From: Octopus sinensis
Taxonomy: Eukaryota
Direction: 5' to 3'
Assembly (NCBI RefSeq): GCF_006345805.1
Contig: NC_043009.1
Span: forward strand, 42,408,001 to 42,472,000
Length of the DNA stretch: 64,000 bases
The position numbers and the translations under genes were made by a program. Positions 13,031 through 26,792 of the stretch are shown here, piece by piece; positions within the stretch are counted from its first letter, which is position 1; every line of letters begins with the position of its first letter. Below the pieces are notes generated by a model. It ran no database searches. It worked only from the letters and a program-made list of their open reading frames with translations, and had not been told where the DNA came from.

Positions 13031-13913
13031 AACTGATTATAGTTTTATAGTGATCAAATGTCTGAGATGTACATGAACTCACTTCCTCCATCAAAGCAAC
13101 TCTGCCTATGCAGGTACATGTCATGCCACAGGTTGGATATTAAAATAATCAATCACAAAGCAACATGAGATAAAGTGTTTTGCTCAAGAATAAAACACAC
13201 TGCCCGATCTGGGAATTGAACCCATGATATCATAATCAAGAGTGCAACACTCTAACCAGTAGGCCATAATAAAAACAAACGAGTATATTGATGAATCAAT
13301 CACCTTACTACTGCCCCTTTTATCTCCAGAATTCAAATGGAATATTACACTGTCTCCAGAGGGTGGTGCTACCCACTTAGAGAAAGTCCATTATATAGAC
13401 TATTATAGGACCTATATTCTCAGTAGTAATTGAAACATATATATAAAAAAAGTATCTCTCCCTGAAGAAGAGCTATTCAAGAAATGTCAGTTTTATCAGC
13501 ACTTCAACTTGACTTTGAAATCAATAATTATTGATGATGATGATAATGGCAAAAATGTCTTTATATTTAGCATGGAGAGAACGAGGGTGGAGCAGGAGTC
13601 AGAGCATAATGAGTGTGTTTTATAAAGATTTTAAGGTTATTTTCTCAATTGTAAGGTGAGTTAGGAAGCAATGACTTGATCTCAATGCAGTTCGTGGCAG
13701 GTTAATTATTTGGGAGGAAGGAAATTTTGGTGGGAATAAGATGTTTCCTGTGAAAAATGGTTAAGTTCTATGGTGCTTGTGTACGATGATTACGTTAACC
13801 ATATTGATGATGATGATGGTGGCAGTGACAAAGATGATGATGATGATGACAATGGTGGTGGTGGTGGTGTGGACAATTGAATAAGATGATCTTTACATAT
13901 GTATGCCAGCAAT

Positions 13914-13955
<42 letters not shown>

Positions 13956-13959
13956 ATAT

Positions 13960-14151
13960 GTAGGTCCCGGGTTGATTCGGGGTTAACCACAGTAAATAAG
14001 GTACTCAATACATAGCAGAGTAAAATTAATTTATTATATAGAAGGAGCTTCTACAGGACTAGAACTGTTTCATTCAAGAGAAATGCTTCCTGATGATTTC
14101 TCTTGAATGAAACAGTTCTAGTCCTGTAGAAGCTCCTTCTATATAATAAAT
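13960..14151. mobile_element. Mini fold-back element (56-bp perfect arms, 11-nt loop) between two (TA)n tracts
   Basis: Arms 14029-14084 and 14096-14151 are exact reverse complements. The left arm continues about 70 bp to (TA)n. Confidence 0.85.
14085..14133 (+). ncRNA. Type I hammerhead ribozyme with an intact core and a U.U pair closing stem II
   Basis: gcttc-CTGATGA-T-TTC-tctt-GAA-T-GAAA-CAG-ttctagtc-CTG-TA|gaagc, with a GUA cleavage triplet (cut after 14128). Confidence 0.75.
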
Positions 14152-14323
14152 ATATATATATATATATATATGGGGGGGTAAGTATGTGTGGAGGAAAGTT
14201 GTGTATGTGTGCTAATGCGTGCATGTGTGTTGTCATCTACATATGTATGTATATGTAAGTGAACATATATATATGCATGTGTCTACATGTCTATATCTAC
14301 AACTGTATGAATTTGTAGCTAAT

Positions 14324-14358
<35 letters not shown>

Positions 14359-14949
14359 GCTATTATATTAAACTGTCATATGTCCAAATTAGGCCAGATA
14401 TGTTTTTGTTCAATATTTATTTTTGCTTGCAATTGCCAGTTCTTTTGGTCAAACTATCGTATCTCCAGCTGCTTCAGATGCCAAGATATCAAAAATTGTC
14501 AAAGTGTAGTACAATGGTTTTGCTATGGAATGGTGAAACTAATTTGTCGTTTTCTGAAAAAGCAACAGTTTGGACTTAAGACACTTTTGCATAATAGCAA
14601 CGATATATACGTCTACATGTATGTATGTATATGTGTGTGTGTGTGTGTGTATTATAGGCTTATTTCAGTTTCCATCAAACAAATTCATTCGTGAGGCTTT
14701 GGTTGGTGCAGGCCTCAACTAGAAGACACTTGCCTTAAGTGCTACATAGTGGAACTGAACTTGTAACCATATAACCATGTTTTTGGAAAACAAACTTTTT
14801 ACCACATACCCACTCCTACGTGTGTGTGTGTGTGTGTGTGTATGTATATATATGTGTGTATATATGTATATATACATGTATATATATATATGTATATTTA
14901 TATATGTATATATATATATATATGTATTTATATATATATATATATATAT

Positions 14950-15400
14950 AACAATTACAGCGTGGAAGGTGTTTGTAAGCCATTTAAGAAACACACAAAA
15001 GCCGTTCGATTCACTTCATGTATGTATGTATATATATGTGTGTGTGTGTGTGGGCAAAAAAATGTCAATATTGACGAACGTTCTGGGAGAACTGCAACCA
15101 ACAGAACTGAGAAAAAAATTGCAGTTGGGCATGTAGCTGTGAGGGGAAATCCTTGAATCACCAGCCATGAGTTATCAGAGGATATGCAGATTAGTTATGG
15201 TTCAGTTCAGTCCTTTACCACTGAAGATTTGAGTATGAGACGTGTGTCTGCAAAGTTTGTGCCAAAACTGCTTTCAGCTGACCAAAAAGACACTCAAGCT
15301 TCAGTTGCACAAGATCTCCTTGGTGGTGTCAAAAATGATAAAAACCTTTTAAAAACTTTGCGTATGCCTCTGAGCAGGTATCACCAAGCTTTTGACAAAA
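14950..15400 (+). pseudogene. Mariner transposase N-terminal fragment
   Basis: ..IDERSGRTAT...ELSEDMQISYGSVQSFTTEDLSMRRVSAKFVPKLLSADQK.. matches the mariner SGRP and W/FVP(H/K)xL motifs. Confidence 0.75.
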
Positions 15401-16199
15401 TTTTATGCAGATTCTCTGCTCAAATTTCTCTGTCGTGGTCAATGTGATGATCACATGCTACACACCTTCCTTCCAAGTACTGCTGTAAGCAGCAGAAGTT
15501 AGCTAGAACGTTAAAATTTAGTGTGCAGGTACAGCAGAGTTCAAGGTCAATCTGTGCCAAGTGGCTTTACTCTGCATGCTTTAGCTTTGTTATCATGGCA
15601 ACAGTCTGGATACTTATTGACTGGACCATACCCATACATATATATCTGAGTGTGAGTGTGTGTCGGTGGGTGAGTTGTGTGTGTATCTATAAATGTATAT
15701 TTGGGTATGTGAAAGAAGAAAAGAATATGTGGGTGTGTGTGGGAACCAATGGCTGGAAACTCTTAGTAGAGCTCCCTTTTCCTTACCGTACCTCCATCTA
15801 ACCCCAGATAGCACCCTATCCTACCTCACCCACCACTTCTTAGTTGTTGCTGATAAAGTCATTCTTCAAGTGTTATTGTGGAATGTTCCCTAAGTTTTCT
15901 CATCTGTTGATCTACTTACAAACACTGACTGTTTCCACAGATGGCCGTTTATGACAGCTGTGGCACTGGTCAGTTTAGACGTGGTCCAAGTAACACTCTG
16001 TCTATTATGATGAAGTGAAGACGGTGGCTACATGTGGTCATTCCGTCAGCTAGAGATGACAGCCAAAACCCTCCTCAATTCACACATTTTTATATCTGAA
16101 TCCAAGTTAATATCAAAACAATGATCCTGAAACTGACAAACACCTATATATAACTCCCACCTATATACATATCTATACACACACACACACACATATATG

Positions 16200-16213
16200 T
16201 ATGTATATATCTA

Positions 16214-16309
<96 letters not shown>

Positions 16310-16310
16310 C

Positions 16311-16375
<65 letters not shown>

Positions 16376-16394
16376 ATCTATCTATCTATCTATC

Positions 16395-16420
<26 letters not shown>
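16200..16420. repeat. (TCTA)n/(TA)n microsatellite
   Basis: Direct reading. Confidence 0.95.
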
Positions 16421-16427
<7 letters not shown>

Positions 16428-16571
16428 TATATATTGTGTGTGTTAGTGTGTGTATGTGTTTGTGAGTGTGTGTGTGTGCATGTACACATATCATGGAAAA
16501 TGGACATTAAATGTTGATGATGATGATGATGATATATATATACATGTGTGTGTGTGTGTACAGATATATAT

Positions 16572-16930
<359 letters not shown>

Positions 16931-17119
16931 TCTCTCTCTGCTTTGGTTGGTTTGATTACATTGGATTATGTTATCTCTGTTATATAAAATGATGAAATGG
17001 CCACAGCTGGACTGTCTTTGATAATAACTTGATTAAACTGCGAATAAAATATATTTTGCCTCCATATACTTCTTTTTCCTAACAGAACCCGGATTTCTCA
17101 GAATTATTGCTATAAACTA

Positions 17120-17455
17120 ACCCTTCATGTTATTAAACATGACAATGTGTCTATCCTCTAATTTTGATCCTCAAGGTACTCCCATAGAGTGTTTTCTCTC
17201 CCCATGACAAACATCAAAGTTACACTTTTAACAAAGATGGAATAGTTGGACAACAAATTTCAAGGTCTGATGTCCAAATGCACATCAAATGCTTTCTTGT
17301 ATACTTATTGTGCAGTACATGTAATTTTCCTGGCATTCTCTCAACTGTGGTAGCCTAGCTACCTATCCATGAGGAGGTCAATCTCTCATCTGCTTTGTAC
17401 CACAAAACCCTGAAGCCAAATAATAGCCCATGACATTCTTTCAGTACTTTGTGTG
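17120..17455 (-). pseudogene. Decayed non-LTR retrotransposon reverse-transcriptase fragment
   Basis: Minus-strand motifs in the expected order: LFGFR, (V)YKKAFD and MGVP*GSKL (= GVPQGS). Confidence 0.55.
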
Positions 17456-17461
17456 CAGTAA

Positions 17462-18190
17462 TTTTTACATATCTCATTACTGAGCACACATGATAATATT
17501 AATGGTAATGTAGAAAATAGAAACAGCGGTACTAATGATTCTAAAATATTCAATATAGACTGTAGCTCTGAGGTCCATACTAGCACAGGGATTACTGATA
17601 TGCCTGATGATGCTGGGATGAATGTGAATGATACTACAATTGAAGGATGGAGAGATAATACCAGATATGAAAATAACACATACAAGGGATTTAGTAGGAT
17701 TAATATTAATAGTAATATTAATCATAATAATGGTATGAATATCAATAATATTAATAGTGGTAATTCTCCTAGTTGCAATTGTAAGGTTAAATCCCACTGT
17801 CCATTATTAGGCCAATGTCTAACCCAAAATGTAATCTATAAGTGTACAATCACAACTGTAGCTGGTAACTTTGTATATATACGATGTTCAATAAATATGA
17901 AAAAAACGTATTAATAGCCATTTTTCATCTTTTAGGCTCAAAGATAAGGCCAATTGTACATCCTTATCTAGCAAGATTTGGGAACTGAAGGAAAGCAGAA
18001 TCGAATTTAGCTTTAAATCGGATATTATAAAGAAAGCGCAGCCTTATAGAGGTAGTCGTTACGGGTGCGAGCTGTGCTCCATGGAAACTTGTTAAATTTT
18101 TAAGTATAGGGACAAGAGCAGCCTTGTTAATAGATTAGACCTAAAGGTATCATACATACATAGGATCACCTGTACATTTAAATATTTTTC
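17462..18190 (+). pseudogene. Penelope-like element: Asn-rich linker plus GIY-YIG endonuclease, 5'-truncated and frameshifted
   Basis: Open frame 17462-17914 ending in SCNCKVKSHCPLLGQCLTQNVIYKCTI..FVYI. After a frameshift in A7 it continues KKRINSHFSSF..NCTSLSSKIWELKE..KAQPY..CELCSME..LVNR. The Cys-rich linker suggests a Neptune-like clade (recollection, unverified). Confidence 0.85.
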
Positions 18191-19251
18191 AAAATTAGTG
18201 TTTATAGGTGCTGCACTTGAACCTGGATAATTAATTTTAGTGTCGTATATGATGTGAACTTACACCCTAATATTATATATAAGTTATATATATTTTCTTA
18301 CAACTCTCTATAATTTCTAATTAATGTGTTTTCTTATTTTGATATCTTTACCTATTAACCTCTTATCTCCTGTAAGTTATTAATGCTCTTAAAGAGAAAT
18401 ATAAACTTTCTAGTTACTTAAGTCAAGAAGATTTGATTATAACATACCCACAATAAGGTACAAATATTTGTATATATTTGCATGTGTGCACATAGTTAGA
18501 TATATGCATGTATCTGTACACAACTTATTTTTCCGAATTTTTAATGATTCTTAGCTTACAATTAATATAAAGATAGCATGATTTATCACCTCGATATTCC
18601 ATAAGTAAATGCCCAGAGCAATCTTTATAGAAACCACTTTAAAAGTAAATAATTAAGTACAGAAATGAATATTAAACTAATTCTATGTAATCTTCCCTTT
18701 CTAATGCTGAAAATTGGTATATATACACAGTTTATCTATTCTGGTGATAATATCATTTTTAGTAATCTTAAATTTTATCTTCATACAACGTAACAATATT
18801 GTTGGTATACAATCATCCATTGAACTCCATGATAATTTCCTCTCATCATAGGTTTTATTAGTGTCTTGCCCCTTTAACTGGTAATTAACATCTTAATTTA
18901 GAGTCTTCCTCTACCCAGCCTCCTTTATGGAAATTACTTATACATTTCCTAAATTCCTGACAATATTTATGACCATACCCAACTAAAAGCTGTCAACTCA
19001 CTCCGGCTATCCATTCTAAACAGACACTGTCCTCTAGCATTAATTTTGGTATTTGATAAAAAAAGACTAATAAATTAAAATTGCACCACAATCCTTTACA
19101 ATCTCTAACAAACTTCATGCAGTTCTTAGATGTGTAGTATATTTTGAGCTAAATTAGTAGTGGCATGGACTTCTTCCCTCTTCTTGCTCTATTAGAGAAT
19201 TTGAGTAAAATTATATTAATGTGTCCAACTGATTAAAAATTCTATTTATAT

Positions 19252-19339
19252 ATGCAGTTGAAGATAGCCCTGCATTTAAATTGATGTAGTGATTTCATTG
19301 TTCAATTAAATGGAGTCGCTTGAAACAGTTGTACTGCAT
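19252..19339 (+). ncRNA. Hammerhead-like motif with a long stem II at the putative 3' end of the PLE
   Basis: atgcag-TTGAAGA-T-agc..cattt-a-aattga..tcaatt-aaatg..gct-T-GAAA-CA-gt-TG-TA|ctgcat. Stem I is a perfect 6 bp, and C3 is replaced by T. Confidence 0.55.
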
Positions 19340-19374
19340 CACCTCCTGATATCCTGTTGCTTATTTTGATTATA

Positions 19375-19548
19375 TATATATACAACGGGCTTCTTTCAGT
19401 TTCTGTTTACCAAATATACCCACAAGGCATTGGTTGGTTCGAGACCACAGTTGCAGACCCTTGCTCAGGGTGCCACACAGTGGGACTGAACCTGAAACCA
19501 TGTGATTGGGAAGCAAGCTTCTTACCACACAGTTATGCCTGCACATAA
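19375..19548 (-). mobile_element. SINE family A, 5' half
   Basis: Head and body are present, and it is truncated at its internal (TA)n, where the PLE 3' end joins. Confidence 0.75.
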
Positions 19549-19574
19549 GTATCTTAACAAAAGTTTAAAATCTT

Positions 19575-20028
19575 GGCACAAACCAAACAATTTTGAGGAA
19601 GGGATTAAATCAAATGCATCGATCCCAGTGGTCAACTGGAACCTATTTTATTGACCACAAAATGATGAAAGGCAAAGACGACCTCAGCAGAATTTGAACT
19701 CAGAATGTTAAGACAGACAAAACGTCACTAAGCATTTTGCCCGGCATGCTAATGATTCTGCCAGCTCACCGTTTTATTGCATCTAAATGTTGATATTGTC
19801 ACGTTTGAAATATTCTTTGCTATTCTAGTCACAAGGCCTGAAATTTTGGTGGAGAGGGCCAGTAGGTTAGATCGACTCCATTACGCAACTGCTACTTAAT
19901 TTATCGACCCCCAAAAGGTTGAAAGGCAAAGTCGACCTCGGCAGAATTTGAACTCAGAATGTAAAGATAGATGAAATACCGCTAAGTATTTCGCCTGGTG
20001 TGCTAACGTTTCTGCCAGCTAACTGCCT
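19575..20028 (-). mobile_element. Two adjacent SINE family B copies
   Basis: Two B-box/body units at about 19575-19770 and 19830-20028. Confidence 0.75.
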
Positions 20029-20979
20029 TGTCACATCTGAAATATTACTGATCATAGGAATGTTGGATCACATGATTTGGGACTAAACAACAATATCACC
20101 CTTCTACCATTTGTGATATTTAGCAAACACCTGACCTTCTTTGGAAGTACATGGTTTAGTGGTTAGTGTGTTGAACTCACAATCGTAAGATTGTGACTTC
20201 GATTCCTGAATAGGGCGATGCATTGTGTTCTTGAGCTAAAACACATCATTTCCCACTGCCCTGACCACTCAGCTATAGAAACGAGAACCACTAGTGGAGG
20301 TGCATCACTTAATGGTTAGAGTGTTGGATTCATGACTGTAAGATTGTGGTTTCAATCCCTGAATTGGGCTGTGTGTTGTATTCATTTCACATTGTTCCAG
20401 TTCACTCAGCTGTAGAAATGAGGTTAGCCTGGAGACAGATGGGCTCTACCAGGCTTTCTCACCTTAGATATGCTGCATGGCTGCAGTGCCCCAATGACCG
20501 TTTCCCCCACCCCACCCCAAGGAGTTAAGGGATTTGTCAATTGACCTTCTCTCTTTCAGCTAAACTCATTCCTTGATTCTGTATGCACACATCAAGTGAA
20601 ACTCAAGCAGTGAGGGTAGCTCTGAAGATAGGTGAGTGTGATGAAAGGAAGAGAGAAAGAGAAGAGAGAAAAGAAAGTTATATTGATTAGTGCCATGCTA
20701 ATGAACATTGGCAGTTCATTAATGTTTGGTTTCACTATACCTTCAGTACATACCAGTAGCAACCATTAAACATTCAGTCTTTGCTTTATAGACAAGCTAG
20801 GGTGGGGATTGAAACAGATGGTGATGGGGGGGGGGGAAAGGGGGAGTATGACCTAGAGGGGTCAGGGTGGAGCAGTTGTAAGATATATTTGCGATTCTTG
20901 GGCAGAAAATAGAGTCGATTTCTTCCTTTTCCTCCTCATCTTACGCCTGCTTCTCCCCCTTTCATTTGTAAATCCTTTA

Positions 20980-21775
20980 AGTTACCATCACCACCACTAC
21001 CATCTTCACCATCATTTCTATCACCCCTATTACCACCAGCACCAGCACCACTACCAACACCACCACCACCACCACCACTACTACTACTATCGCTGCCGCC
21101 GCCACCACCACCACTACTACTACTACTACCACTACCACCATTGCTACCACTACCACTGTTCACCATCTTCAACAAAAATAAAGTAAACAGCAACACCAAC
21201 TACAGCAACTAACCAACCACTATACAACTATTACCACAGCCACCTGTTGATGCCTACATTACTGTTACCTACATCAGCACAGTAATGTCTTTACCACCAC
21301 CACTGCTACCGTTACTACTACTACTACTACTACTACTTTCACTACTACTATCATCAGGGATACTATTGTCACTAGCAGCTTCTCTGCTACCACCACCACC
21401 ACCACCACCACTACCACCACCCTATCATCGGCATCACCATTATCCCCCACATTAAACCCCACACCATCACTATTACAACCATCATTACCATTAAAACTAA
21501 TATCATTATTACCGCAAACCACACCATCACTCTCACATCTACTGCCATCACCATGACCACCACTGCATGAACCCTCACCCCCACCCTCATCACCACCATC
21601 AGTACCACCACCACCACCACCACCACCACCATCACATTCTTTTGTCAACACCTCCCCAATGTTCAGTTACTCATCTGAAGCATAAACAACATTTCTCTAA
21701 CAGCAACAACAACAACAGTAACAACAAGAACAACAAGAAAGACAACAACAACTACAACATCAACAACAACAGCAA

Positions 21776-21822
<47 letters not shown>

Positions 21823-21828
21823 GTAGCA
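20980..21828. repeat. Compound (CAC/CAT/TAC/AAC)n low-complexity tract
   Basis: Direct reading. A similar tract lies at 22700-23520. Confidence 0.9.
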
Positions 21829-21986
21829 GGCGTAGGAGTGGCTGTGTGGTAAGTAGCTTGCTTACCAACCACATGGTTCCGGGTTCAGTCCCACTGCGTG
21901 GCACCAAGTGTCTTCTACTATAGCCTCGGGCCAACCAAAAGCCTTGTGAGTGGATTTGGTAGACGGAAACGGAAAGAAGCCCGTCG

Positions 21987-22047
<61 letters not shown>

Positions 22048-22262
22048 GTTTGTGTGTCTGTGTTTGTCCCCTCCCAACATCGCTTGACAACCGATGCTGG
22101 TGTGTTTACGTCTCCGTAACTTAGCAGTTCAGCAAAAGAGTCTGATAGAATAAGTACTTGGCTTACAAAGAATAAGTCCTGGGGTCGATTTGCTCGACTA
22201 AAGGCTGTGCTCCAGCATGGCCGCAGTCAAATGACTGAAACAGGTAAAAGGGTAAAAGAGTA
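21829..22262 (+). mobile_element. Full-length SINE family A
   Basis: Complete head, body, internal microsatellite and tail. Confidence 0.92.
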
Positions 22263-23588
22263 AACAGTAACATCAACAACAACAACAACAATAATAATAA
22301 TAATAATGATAACAGCAAAGAGATGTGTTAAAATAACTCCGCAAACAAATGACATCTTCACCCATAAACATTTGATAAATTCTTCTTAAAACCATCTTCA
22401 TTGGAATAAATAAATCTTTGAGAACCATTTTCCGAAATCTCTCTAATGCTCCAGTTTGCTTTGATTCTGTTAAGGTCATCAGTTTCTATAACCTTCAAAA
22501 ACCTACCCTTATGTTAACCCTAAATATTTTCTCACACACAACATAATTTTTTTCCCTTATTTCAGCCCCACTTGTTGCTGTTGTTGTCATCGTTGTATTA
22601 AATAGTGATCCCTTCCCATCCACGGCCACCACCTTTACACTTGACTTGTCACCACTGGAACAACATCAGAAGAATGTCTTTGCTTTTTGTTTTTATTTAT
22701 TTTGGAGTGGTTGTCACCAACACCATTACCAGACTGCCGCCAACACTGCCATCTCCATCATCACTATCAGCAAGAACATTCAACGCCAAGCCAGCCCACC
22801 GGCAAAACGACCATCACCTGGCACCATCATCATCACCATCACCACCACTATCAATATCATCATCACAACCACCACCACCACCACCACCATCATCACCCTG
22901 TTCATTCTAATCATCAACAGCAACAGTAGCATCATCATCATCATCAATGTTATCTTCATCATCATTATCATCATCATCATCATCATCAGTAGCAGTAGCA
23001 GTGACAACAAGAACAGAAGCAGCACCATTGTCCTTACATTGCCCTAAGCAAACATCAACATCAATACTACCCCCACCCCCACCAATATCATCATCATCAT
23101 CATCATCATCATCACCACCATCATTCTAATCCACACTATCATCAGCAACAATCGCAGCACCAGGAGCAACATCAGCAACTACAAGACCATCTGGTGGTAT
23201 CACCACCACCACCACCATCACCACCACCATCACCACCACTATCACCACCACCACTATCACCACCACCACTATCATCGCCAAGACCACTACCATCACCCCC
23301 ACCTTCACTGTCATCACCACTATCACCAGTTCCATCGTCAATATGATCATTAACAACAGCAACAACAATACCAGTATTGCTATTATATCACTTGGCATCA
23401 GCATCATCACCATCACCATGTCATCATCATCATCATCATCATCATTGTTATCATCGTCCCTATACTCATCATCATTATCATCGTCCACCATCATCCACAC
23501 CAACAGTATCATTGTTGTCATAAAAATATGCCTTCACTAGAACCTAACTAGCACCAAAGATGGACCATTCTTATGAAATCCAAATGTA

Positions 23589-23756
23589 CAGGAGTGGCTG
23601 TGTGGTAAGTAGCTTGCTAACCAACCACATAGTTCCGGGTTCAGTCCCACTGCGTGGCACCTTGGGCAAGTGTCTTCTACTATAGCCCCGGGCCGACCAA
23701 AAGCCTTGTGAGTGGATTTGGAAGACGGAAACTGAAAGAAGCCTGTCGTATATATG

Positions 23757-23787
<31 letters not shown>

Positions 23788-24014
23788 TTGTGTGTCTGTG
23801 TTTGTCCCCCCAACATCTCTTGACAACCGATGCTGGTGTATTTACGTCCCTGTAACTTAGCGGTTCGGCAATAGAGACCGATAGAATAAGTACTAGGCTT
23901 ACAAAGAATAAGTCCCGGGGTCGATTTGCTCGACTAAAGGCGGTGCTCCAGCATGGTGGCAGTCAAAACGACTGAAACAAGTAAAAGAGTAAAAGAGTAA
24001 AAGAGTAAAAGAGA
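23589..24014 (+). mobile_element. Full-length SINE family A
   Basis: Complete structure with a (GTAAAAGA)n tail. Confidence 0.92.
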
Positions 24015-24273
24015 GTACAGAGACCGAAATGCTAACAAATACTTTAAATATACTAACAATATATTTCTCTTGGAATCTTCATTTTCAACATGCTTAGGAA
24101 TCATTGAGATTAAAGTGAAAAGATATTCAACCATTTTAACATTTCTACCAACTCACAGAACTTTACTGTGCCTTGTACAAACATAGGAGAGCCTACTTTG
24201 TCGCTTGACTTACATGAAATAACTACCACATTTCAATCAAACCCTTCAAAGAAAGATGTATTTAATAATATAA

Positions 24274-24438
24274 GGCGCAGGAGTGGCTGTGTGGTAAGTA
24301 GCTTGCTTACAAACCACATGGTTCCGGGTTCATTCCCACTGCATGGCACCTTGGGCAAGCGTCTTCTACTATAGCCTCGGGCCGACCAAAGCCTTGTGAG
24401 TGGATTTGGTAGACAGAAACTGAAAGAAGCCCATCATA

Positions 24439-24483
<45 letters not shown>

Positions 24484-24713
24484 GTGTATGTGTGTATATA
24501 TGTTTGTGTGTCTGTGATTGTCCCCCCAACATCGCTTGACAACCAATGGTGGTATGTTTATGTCCCCATAACTTAGCAGTTTGGCAAAAGAGACCCATAG
24601 AATAAGTACTAGGCTTTCAAAGAATAAGTCCTGGGTTTGATTTGCTTGACTAAAGGCAGTGCTCCAGCATGGCTGCAGTCAAATGACTGAAACTAGTAAA
24701 AGAATAAAAGAAT
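24274..24713 (+). mobile_element. Full-length SINE family A
   Basis: Complete structure. Confidence 0.9.
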
Positions 24714-24729
24714 GTAAAACCCAGGAAAT

Positions 24730-25045
24730 GTATGGCGTGGCTTTGATTGGAGTGTCTTTTATCATAGAGTTCGATTCCCAGACCAGGCTGTGTGTTGTGT
24801 TCTTGAGCAAGACTCTTTATTTTACGTTGCTCCAGTTCACTCAGCTGTAGAAATGAGTTGTGACATCACAGGTGCCAAGCTGTATTGGCCCCTTTGCCTT
24901 TCCCTTGGATAACATCGGTGGTATGGATAGGGGAGGCTGGTATGCATGGGCAACTGCTGGTCTTCCATAAACAACCTTACCCGGACTTGTGCCTCGGAGG
25001 CTATCTTTCCAGGTGCAATCCCATGGCCATTCATGACCAAAGAGG
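24730..25045 (+). mobile_element. SINE family C variant
   Basis: tggcgtggc..gagttcgattccc head and body ttgtgttcttgagcaagac..ttcacgttgctccagttcactcagctg. Confidence 0.7.
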
Positions 25046-25259
25046 GTCTTTATCTTTTACCATAGTGAATATGGGTGGACCTCGTGCTAAGCAACCACGA
25101 ACACAATAACAGCTTATGGAGTATCATTGTGCCTTCTGCATCTTGCCAAAATGAAAAAAAAATTAATTAAAACAGCAACAACATTTAGGTGAAGTTATAC
25201 ACTAATCATTATCATCAATATGTGACCATATATTTTTGATTATATTGCTACATATTGAT

Positions 25260-25287
25260 CTCCTTTGGTAACGAAGTGTTACTGATT

Positions 25288-25318
<31 letters not shown>

Positions 25319-25470
25319 CGACAACGATGATGAGGATGATGGTGGTGGTGGTGGTGGTGGTGACAATGATGATGAGGATGATGACAACAATGATGATAAC
25401 TGATGATGAAGGGGAAGAGGTAAAGACAATGACAACAATGATGATGATGATATTGATGATAATGATGATG

Positions 25471-25501
<31 letters not shown>

Positions 25502-25503
25502 GA

Positions 25504-25558
<55 letters not shown>

Positions 25559-25683
25559 GGATGATGATGATAATGATGATGATGATGAGGATGATGACAA
25601 CAATGATGATAACTGATGATGAGGGGGAAGAGGTAAGGACAATGACAACAATGATGATGATGATATTGATGATAATGATGATG

Positions 25684-25714
<31 letters not shown>

Positions 25715-25750
25715 GAATGATGAGGATAGAAATAATAATATAATCATTAT
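25260..25750. repeat. (GAT)n microsatellite containing a ~210-bp internal duplication
   Basis: The unit gataactgatgatga(a/g)ggggaagaggtaa occurs at about 25395 and 25608. Confidence 0.9.
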
Positions 25751-26139
25751 TATTACCAGTAATCATGGCTGTTATGTTAAGAAGTTTGCTTCCCACTGCA
25801 CGACACCACGGGCACGGACCCACAAAAGTCTTATGAGTGGATTTGGTAGACACAAACTGAAAGAAGCCTGTCATATATATAACACCATCATCATCATCAT
25901 CATCAACATCATCCTCATTTAATATCCACTTTCCATGCAGGCATGGGTTGGACAGTTTGATAGGAGCTGGCTAGGTAGAAGACTGCACCAGACTTCGCTG
26001 TCTGTTTTACTATGGTTTGCATGGCTGGATGCCCCTCCTAACACCAACCACTCCACAGAGTGGATTATACATATGTGTGAGTTGCATGTGTGCGTGCATT
26101 GTGTTGTGTGTATGTATATATATACATATATATATATAT

Positions 26140-26176
<37 letters not shown>

Positions 26177-26177
26177 T

Positions 26178-26209
<32 letters not shown>

Positions 26210-26224
26210 TAATATATATATTAG

Positions 26225-26349
26225 TGGGGCAAATCGACCCCAGGATTTTTCTATCAATCTCTTTTGCCGAACCGCTAAGTTATGGGGACATAAACACACC
26301 AGCATCAGTTGTCAAGCAATGTTGGGAGTACAAGCACAGACACACAAAC

Positions 26350-26380
<31 letters not shown>

Positions 26381-26543
26381 CGACAGGCTTCTTTCAGTTT
26401 CCGTCAACCAAATCCACTCACGAAGCTTTGATCGACCTGAAGCTATAGTAAAAGACACTTGCCCAAGGTGCCACATGGTGGGACTGAACCTGGAACCATG
26501 TGGTTGGTAAGTAAGCTACTTACCACACAGCCACTCCTGTGCC
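26225..26543 (-). mobile_element. SINE family A (3'-truncated), head-to-head with the next copy
   Basis: Reverse complement of the family A consensus. Confidence 0.88.
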
Positions 26544-26587
26544 TATATACATACACACACACATATATATACATATATATATATATA

Positions 26588-26752
26588 GGCGCAGGAGTGG
26601 CTGTGTGGTAAGTAGCTTGCTTAACAACCACATGGTTCCGGGTTCAGTCCCGCTGCGTGGCATCTTGGGCAAGTGTCTTCTGCTATAGCCTCAGGCCAAC
26701 CAATGCCTTGTGAGTGGATTTGGTAGACGGAAACTGAAAGAAGCCTGTCGTA

Positions 26753-26792
<40 letters not shown>

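Noticed and set aside
13455-13500. CTGAAGAAGAGC...GAAATGTC hammerhead-like string
   Set aside because: Neither stem I nor stem II pairs.
13571-15989. Additional + strand exon candidates (13571-13655 and 15941-15989) that join in frame
   Set aside because: The splice signals are plausible, but the peptides are short and unrecognised and competing minus-strand signals exist. Too weak to call.
22205-22262. SINE family A tail (agtc-aaat-gact-GAAA-C-aa/ag-GTA) resembling the 3' half of a hammerhead
   Set aside because: There is no upstream CUGANGA and no stem I partner in any copy.
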